NCBI GenBank assembly: GCA_964304625.1
Contig: OZ199839.1
Coordinates: forward strand, 11,430,195 to 11,494,194
Source of the DNA: Kudoa neothunni
Lineage: Eukaryota; Animalia; Cnidaria
Length of the DNA stretch: 64,000 nucleotides
Direction: 5' to 3'
Shown here one piece after another: positions 55,503-64,000 of the stretch. The notes beneath the pieces were generated by a model. The model saw only the letters and a list, made by a program, of their open reading frames with translations. It made no database searches and had not been told where the DNA came from. The translations under genes and the position numbers were made by a program. Every line of letters begins with the position of its first letter. Positions within the stretch are counted from its first letter, which is position 1.

Positions 55503-57564
55503 TTAAAACATGTTCAACAATAGTAAGTGTTTTGCTGATCGTCTAAAGCAGCAATCTGAATGTTTGTAGTCTTGTATGAGACGTATAATTTGGGATTTTT
55601 CGACCGCTTTTTTGAAGGAATTGTTTGGTCCATCGTTGATTTTGGTGTTTTGGTTGATATTGAACACATTGACGACAGTTTTGTAGTTTCTAGAGATAAA
55701 TATTAGATATTTGTGTGGATGTAAAAATTAGGAAATACTTGACAGTGTTAGGAGGGGATTGCTCGTAAGTATCAGTCCTTTTAGTGGGAATATGGGTTAT
55801 AGTGGCAATCATCTCTTCTTGTTTCACAGACCAAGTATCTAGTGCAATCAATTAGATCATACTGAACAATTTCAAATGGGCAGAGATTGATGATTACTAG
55901 GAGGATGAAACGTAGACTTCCCTTTATCGGAGTCATCAGTGAAAATTGAATCATTCATATCCGATTGAACAGAGCCCAAGTCGCTAATTCTACTGCCACT
56001 GCTATAAAGTGATGACCTGGATTGTGAAAATGTTTTTCCTATAAATCGGAATTTTGAATGAAAACTCGGTCCATTGGGCAACGATGGGGCTGAATGACGT
56101 CGGAAAAATGTATGTGTTTCCACAATAGCTTTGTAGAGTCGTTTGGTGGAGGTTCTGGTGGAACTTTTGTATTTGACTATACGATGAGTGTGGTAAGCCT
56201 AAGCAATAAATATAGGTGTGTTTATCTATTATTAAACAACTATTTAAAAGTACATTTCTATCAGAATCGTCGCCGACAATCCTTATTTTGAGTTTTAATG
56301 TTTTTTTCAAAAAAGAAGCCGATACCAAATTCTCCCTGTTTATTTTAATTACTACGTATGTGAGTCTATTAGATTACCACGAACATAAGTTTTTGGTATC
56401 GTTGTCGTACATCTCCAGCAAACCACCCCAATAAACACCAAGCAAACATTTTATCGGAGCAGCCGACTAGTAAACAAACACTTGTTCACAAACAATTCCT
56501 CAACTGATAGATTTACTTTGGAGGGTTTGTGAATGACTTCATGGCTTTCTATGCCGTAATTGGGTATCTTGGTGACCAATGTGAGAAATCGATTCTCACA
56601 ATCAGTGGTAGAAACCCCTCTAGATAAGAATATTAAAGATAATATTTTGGATGTGCTTGATCATTCTTTCAAGTAATTTAAAATTACTTTAGTTGTCTAT
56701 GAAGCTTTATTACCCCCTTGAATGAAATTTTCATCCTAGATAATAAATGGTGTTGTAGTCAAATAGAAATAAATTCAAATATATGTTATCAATTACTTGT
56801 CCTGGATACAAATAAACCCCATTGAGATAGTTGAGTTTATCCGAGAGTTGGTCATAATCTCCGAATTCAGCTAGCAGTAAAATATATATTATTTCAAATA
56901 TTTAAATTAATAAATATCACCTTGAACAACACATGCAGACAATTCCTGTCCCAGCAACACACCACAAGCTAGTCTACAGTAGTAATAATCAATTATAAAA
57001 TCTCAATATTATATAATAGATTTGTACTTTTTCTTCAGAATCAGCTCTCTTAAATAAATAATAAAATGATATCTAGAAACATTAGAATAAACCATTGAAT
57101 AATTAAATTTTTGTATTATTATTTGGAGCGTGTAAAAGACCTGGTTTGTTCGTCCGCAAGAGTGTTTGGATGGGGAGGGAAGAATTTAACGGCCAAATAG
57201 AAACTATAGGGTCCTTCTTTAAGTTGATATTTGATGCTCTTTCTTGGATCCAGCCATGAAAACTAAATCCACAACAAATGTATCTTAGCAGATTGAGATT
57301 TTATCGCAATTTATCCCACCTGTTTTTCTTTTGGGTGAATGTATCGCAACCCAAAAAACTCCTTCTCAGCCAGTCCTAGATGCTCACAAACGCAATCCAA
57401 CAAATAAAGTCCATAAATTCTATCCTTGATTTTGAGAAAATTAATCGAAAAAAACTATGGATACATAATGTAAATATTCAGATTACAACATTAAGTTTAA
57501 TACGAAACTCTTCCCCATCTATCAACTCCACACAACATTCTTGCACATCAGGAACCTGACTCAT
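55503..57564 (-). CDS. FERM + FERM-adjacent domain protein (band 4.1/EPB41L-like), multi-exon
   Basis: GLYLLDCVCEHLGLAEKEFFGLRY, WLDPRKSIKYQL, FYLAVKFFPPHP, VQAEFGDYD, IPNYGI, RLYKAIVETHTFFR, and FA motif SKFRFIGKT. The frame of the last exon is uncertain. Confidence 0.88.
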
Positions 57565-57810
57565 TAGATAGTAATCTTAGGAACGGAATTTTTGTTTTCA
57601 GCAATACCTACCGACTTAGAATGATCGGTTGGTCGGGAGAGTAGTTAGTAGTAGTAACTGTGAGTCAGCCCAGATGAATCACACCCACTGTTAGATTTAA
57701 CCTATTGATGGGCGAAACAATTGGTAGCAATGTAAGATTTGTTATTCGGCAATAAATAATGCAAAGGTTGATATAGCAACAAAGAATACAACAGTGAAAA
57801 ATCAATACAA

Positions 57811-60800
57811 CTACGATAAAATAGATAAAAAATCTTTTTTCGTGATAATACCCCAAAAACGCCTACAAAAACAAAACTCAAACACCATATCAACCCTAAT
57901 AATTATTATTGTTATTTAGCAGTATAACAATTGAAATTAGGAGCTGCTGTGTAGAAATTCAAAAAAAGATACCCATGAGAAATCACTAACACATTCCGAA
58001 TTCCCAATAGTTGAAAATATTCTGCAAGCACATCGATGGTAGATTTAATGTCGATTTGTACAGCATCCTAATAAGAAATAGTTCCAATGGGAATTGATAA
58101 AAAATCACTCACATAATCAATCACAGCGGAGAGATTGATAGTGTCGGTATTCGAGGAGATGATAGAGGTGGCGGAGAATGAAACTTGTTGGTTGAGAATG
58201 GAATCATCACAGGTTAATTGGTCATTGATTGAGAGCACATCTAAAGACTTACTATTAATTAAAAAAAGCTGAAGAATGTACTCAAATAATTCAGTAATTC
58301 ATGTCGTTTCACGTAGCCTAGCAATTTCCTATTGACACCATTGTCCACCAGCGGATAGCCATAAAATTCATTCTCAAGAACATGAACTAGAAAGATGGCA
58401 AATGAAAAACAGCTACACAAACAAAACAACAACAACAACAACAACAAATACAAATATCCGACAAATTCATTCCAGTTTCGTGGAGCAAAATATTTTTATA
58501 CGAACTAAATAACAAAAACAATAAATTATCTTTAATTGAACCAACAAATTTTTAAAACATACGCTCTATCACGCTCAAAACACAACGCAAAAATGCTAGT
58601 GTTGATTGATTTCTCTAGTGTTTTGTGTACAATTCGATCCATATAAGGATAATGGTTGATCTCGGATTGACATTGAAAAACAGAATCATTCATGAGTTTT
58701 TCGCTGATCATTTTTGAAAGCGTCACACATAACATCATGGGAACAATGTAGTTGTCTTTGTTCGTTAGTTCCACAATTAGAACTGTTAGAGTAACTATAT
58801 AAAAGTGAATACACAAGAATACGTCAATAATGGCGATCTAATCTCTATAGAAGATACTGGTGAGATGGGTAACACCGCTTAGAAAAGCACAAGCTCCAAT
58901 AACAGCATAAACTTCGGGACTAATGCAACGACGATTGAAATCATAACACATGGCTTTAAAAAAGATATTTTCGCCATATTTTCTAATTATTTGTTAAAAA
59001 AAATAAAAACAACATATTAACTTACACGTTCAAAAATTCCATGCATATTCCAATGGAACGACCGAAACAAGCACCAACAATAAAAATTGGAAGAAAAAAC
59101 CCTGTTGGAATCTACCGATAAGAGTCATTAACTCCGATAATAAACGTTCAATGAAGAGAACAACTTTTGCAGAGGTGGTTGCTGTGAGAATCAACTTTAA
59201 TACTCCAAACAAAGGAAGTTTCCATATCATTGATAACAGTTCGGAGTCAGGATAGAGAGGTTGCATTACTGGTTCCATTAGAGTTGTGTTGTCAACACTG
59301 CGAGGAACGTAATTACTATTTAATAAAAGCGTAAATGAGTTTTATTAATATTAGATCGAGATGATAATATTCACCATATGGCGTTTATATTGAATGGGAA
59401 ACACACTGAAAGTATTTTACGAAGGGCTCCATAAGTGCCACCTCTAAATATGGTGATTGGAAAAGAAACCACTGAGGTAATAAATGCAAGGATTGCCACC
59501 TATATCGAATTAGCTTAAATTTTAAATTGTGATAATACCTCAGTGATATGGTAGTTTCCTACGATAGTGTTTTTACGAATAAAAGAGAATCGCTTTAAAA
59601 GTACTTTGAATAAAGCGCCAAATAAGCCCTAACAATACGATTGAAACATTTAGTTACAATCAACACACACTCCCAAGATGCCAATAAAAGCGAAAGGAAG
59701 CAACTCTCGAAAATGCCATATTCCAGTGGAGGTGATGGTGAGAAGAGCTTCGTCGGAGTCAAGCATGTGTTTGAATTGAAGAAACATAAAGGTGGCAAAC
59801 AGAACACACGAAAAAAGTACGCCAAACTGTTTTACTGGGGAAATAATAACACATCGTCTCCAGTCCAAATAAAAGCCCAGATATAGGGGCGGAAAATGCA
59901 ACACTGAACCCAGCACATGCACCGGCTCCCACAACCTTCAATATACATTATGGATAATTATTTTAATAAAAAAAATCAACCTCACGTAATTTAGCGGCAT
60001 TTGAGTTAAACTTTCGAATAGGTCGAGATAACCAATTTGCCGTTTGAACTACACACGTGAATAAGTACACCTTCATGACTCACATTAAGTCCAGATCCAA
60101 TGGTTAGTAGAGCGGCCACAAATTTAACAAACGATGTTTTCACCCCTAGGAAACCTCTAATAACGAATCCACTCAATATAGTCTTTATCTAGTGAATAAA
60201 TATTTTCAAATTAATATGGATATAAAGAGAAAAGTTAATTGAATTGAATTGAATTAAAGTGTTCTCACTCACCTCTGTTATTCCGGTTCCACAACTGTAA
60301 GGGGGCCAGTAATTTAACCATAAAGGCTGCCGCACTTGCTGCAATCACAGAACTCAACACATAAATCATATAGTTGAATGAATATTTGATTGTAACGCTA
60401 CATATTTTTTTTATTGTTTGAAATACTAAACAATATTAAAAATAACTTATCAAATCCAAATGCATCTCCCCATGTGACCCAATCGCCGCATTTGTTTTCG
60501 TACGAGTAACTGATTTTGGTGAGACGACAACACTCATAGTAACTGTTGGCATAGCTGTTCGAACAATACCCTTGTCTCAGATCGGAGAGCCATTCAGCAC
60601 CGATCAACATAAATGGTAACAAAATTCCACCAAAAAAATCCAATAGTCATCATAATAAACCACCCGCTACTCATCTCAAACAAATATCGCATCGCATTCA
60701 TACATCCACCTTCATCTAGCAACTTAGATTTTGCGGCAAGTGAATTGATTTTGTTAGAAATATTTTCGTTCATCCAATCAATGGTGTCAAAATCACGATA

Positions 60801-61064
60801 ACGTTTCTGTGCATTCTGAGAATAGATTGGTTCGTTTCTGTGGTTAGAACCAACAGAGATAGTTTCAAGATTCGCAAAGTGAGCCTGTCGCTCCATCTGA
60901 TCTTCATCAACATCGAGAAACGAATTCTGGGCGACATTCTCATAGATTGGAGAATGTTGATTGATATCACCGGACTCATTCACTCTACTATTGATGTACT
61001 CCTCTTCCTCCATCATATCCTCATACATCGAACCGAAAATTTTATTAATTCGTTTTTTGAACAT
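57811..61064 (-). CDS. CLC anion transporter/channel of the ClC-3/4/5 branch with two CBS domains; four +1 frameshifts in this sequence
   Basis: YRDFDTIDW, WLSDLRQGYC, IKTILSGFVIRGFLG, GFSVAFSAPISGLLFGLE, YYFP, IPTGFFLP, VELT, FYGYPLV, GIITKKD. Confidence 0.93.
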
Positions 61065-61647
61065 TTTTCCAACTAAAGATCCAAACAGACAACTAAAATT
61101 TAGATTTTTACATCAAATAACACACTATGTGAACTTCGTTACCAATCGCATAAATATAGTAATGCGATTTTACATGTAAACACATCTCCCAAACCACCCA
61201 AGTGACAATTATTTTGGAAGGATTTATTATTTTTTGTTTAACAAAGCATTAAACTAATAAAATGCATGTTGAAAATTTAATTACTCGATAAATATAATAT
61301 TATATTACATTTTATGTGATTGATAAATATATTCTCTCGTACACAATTATTGAATATTGTGAATTATTGATGATTAGGACAATTAAAGTATTTAATTGCC
61401 TAAGAGTTAATTAAAATAAATTTTTGTTCAAAAAATTCGACATTTTGATATAATTTAAGCTGTTGAAAAATTTTAAATGAGTATTTGTACAAATGTTAAT
61501 GAATAGATGATAATGTTATTCAATAAGGTTTCTGAATACGATAACTGCGCGTGCTATATAAATCTCATTAAATAATTTTAATGGTTTACTCCTTTATTTT
61601 TGAAATATAAATTCAAAAATACGAATACTATTGAGAAATTATATTAA

Positions 61648-62477
61648 CCCTTGATAGGGGATCTTGAGCTCTACGAGCCCACCTGAATAATAAATTGGCC
61701 CTGATTCATCCGGAAAATGTTTTTTAAAGTTTCTTTTTTACCTGAATTATTAAAATTTTATTTTACACCTAGTCGTAAATTTTCAATGAAATCGACTTTT
61801 TTTAAGCCGATACTCAACAAAAAAGGATTATGACTATCACAATGTTTTTTATTTTATTTAAAATTAATCTCACAGTTGCGCAATAATATTTCAACATCAG
61901 GGTCGAATTTATCAAATCAACTTTCTATTGAAAAATATTCATGTAGCTATTTTAATTGATTTATTGTGTCTTATCAAAGAAATCTGGAATATTTGAACGA
62001 TGTAATTAATCGCCAACAAGAATTTTTACTGGACTTATCCGCCTCTCTGACTGTAAGCCATCAGAAGAAAAATGCTGAAGACCAGAAAAATTGGATGTCG
62101 ACCCCCAATCAAACGTTCTCTCGAAATGTTAGATTTAAATTCGATGAGAATAATACATCGTTTACGGAAGCTTACAATATAAATGCTTGGAAACGATGTC
62201 ATTTATGTGCCACGCGTAACATAAGGCGGGGCAAACAAGTATGCCAGATGTGCAACAACACTATATGCAACGAGAATTCAATAATAACATTAACCTGTTT
62301 GAATGTTCCCAAAAATAAATTATTTATTGTATATCATGCATTTTTTATCGCTCAATAATGTATTAGAGTAAGCAATTACAGCTTAAAATATAATTTAATA
62401 AAGGATAGAAATTAATCCGGTGGGCTCGTCGAGCCCAAGGTCACCTAAATAGGGAGCTCCAGGTCACTTATTAAGGG
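61648..62477 (+). mobile_element. Internally deleted piggyBac element retaining the transposase C-terminal Cys-rich domain
   Basis: TTAA|CCCTTGATAG left end and ...TTAAGGG right end. Palindrome GAGCTCTACGAGCCC / GGGCTCGTCGAGCCC at both ends. ORF 61966-62358 contains KRCHLC...CQMCNNTIC...C. Confidence 0.8.
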
Positions 62478-64000
62478 TTTTTGATGATATCTACCATTGT
62501 TATATATGCAAGTTAATATAGTTGATACTGGAGCACATAACAAGGATGTTAAATTTAGTTGTTAGTACATGCTGATTAAAACTTGTTAGTTTATATCATA
62601 AAGAAAGAATATTTAAGTTGTTTGATTTGTTAAATTATTTTATTGTATTTTTATATATCTTATTTATTATAATTAATTAAAAAATTCAACTTAATTGAGC
62701 GGAAATAAAAATACCAAATAATAGCATAAAACTTATCTTCTGAATGTATGTGATAATTTCTAGAAGTGATTGAAGAAAAATCATAGTGTATAATTTAGCG
62801 TGTGCGCACGAGAAAAATACAATATCGCATTTTTCTTTTGATTATTTTTATAAATATTGTGTGGTTACTATATATTTAACAGCTTTAATATTGAGTAATT
62901 TTTTCAATAAAACGCAGATCGCAATATCGTCCAAATCTGATCTGGCACAATTCCTTTTCTAAGTTACTATTTTTAATATAAATCTATTCTATATGTAGAT
63001 TATAAAATTAAAGAATAGCCCAATTACTCCTTATATTATTGGAAAAAATGGAGAATTCATCAATTTAATTACAGTAGGTAACCGATAACACCGAATACCC
63101 TCAGGACCATCAAAAAAGTGCGTATTATGTATTATCTATTATCGGTTGGAAGTTGCAAGCGGCAATGATTATTACGCACTATGATGCGTGCACGGTTAAT
63201 TTTTTCATATTTTTTCCTCATGAATGTACACTTTTTATTAAAATAGAATAACAAAAAAACATTATTAAAAGTTTTTGGCTTGAAAATACTTTGTGATTTT
63301 GGTTATAGTCGTATTTATTGATAAAATATTTATATTTGTTTGCACTGAGATAAAATTTAATGATCTTATAGTTATAAAAAATTATAAGTAATATTTTGTT
63401 TCTTATTCATTTTTCAGAGTGATATGAAAAATATTTTTATATTTTTTACACTAAAATCATTATTTATGTGCATCTATAACATTCTTTAATTAACAACCAC
63501 CAATATAGTCTTACAATAAGATTATTCTATTTGTTCAAAAATTCAACCATCGGAATTAAAATTTTTCCTTCGCTTCCAATAAAAACAATTTAATCTACTT
63601 GGTTTGACCAAAATAGTACGTATTATCGGATAGTCACGTGATATAACGGATTGGTAATTTACTAGTTTAATTCAGATATATTTTTAAGACTTTTATTTTT
63701 TTACAATTACAAAAATTTTAAAAAACTTTTCACACAATATAAACTTAGAATACGTCGTATCGATGTAAGTGCGTATTAGCGGTTGCCGACTATAATTAGC
63801 TCATATTATAAAGTTTCTCTAATTATTCATATTAATTTGATATTTTATTCTATATGACTCATTATAATAATTTATTTAGATTATTCCACGTATCAATAGA
63901 TTTCAAGTAGGAGTTGCCATAATTTTTGGAGATAAATTGTCATAACACTTTTTTCAAATTTAAAAATATCACTTTATACATGATTTTGCTTGCTACAAAA

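Noticed and set aside
57665-57893. Small hydrophobic ORFs 57665-57856 and 57702-57893 as separate membrane-protein genes
   Set aside because: They overlap the last intron and exon of the CLC gene (GIITKKDFLSILS*) and its 3' UTR in other frames.
62500-64000. RNA gene or coding region at the window end
   Set aside because: No ORF, tRNA cloverleaf or rRNA similarity recognised.

Overview
AT-rich eukaryotic (animal) genomic DNA with short GT-AG introns, mostly about 37-70 nt. The genes are strongly divergent metazoan orthologues, separated by blocks of decayed DNA transposons. This pattern fits a compact-genome animal parasite such as a myxozoan cnidarian, but the taxon is an inference. Genes reconstructed by hand: KAT6/MYST acetyltransferase (3' end outside the window), MCFD2-like EF-hand protein, atlastin, a secreted five-Kunitz-domain protein, WDR61/Ski8, SEH1, tomosyn (STXBP5), a FERM+FA protein and a ClC-3/4/5-type CLC. 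Mobile elements: several piggyBac families, two Merlin elements, an IS630/Tc1 element, non-autonomous Helitrons and a hAT remnant. The main finding is a pair of intact, spliced paralogues (27343-29287 and 34798-36776). They keep the CD39/GDA1 NTPDase scaffold but have replaced the catalytic motifs ACR1-ACR4, and they are built as type I surface proteins, so they look like a pseudo-apyrase family. Other highlights: a CLC with several canonical pore residues changed, a piggyBac transposase carrying a host-sized intron, family-specific palindromes at piggyBac ends, and an 82-bp TG..CA insert with a 5-bp TSD. All family assignments come from motif recognition by eye; no searches were run.
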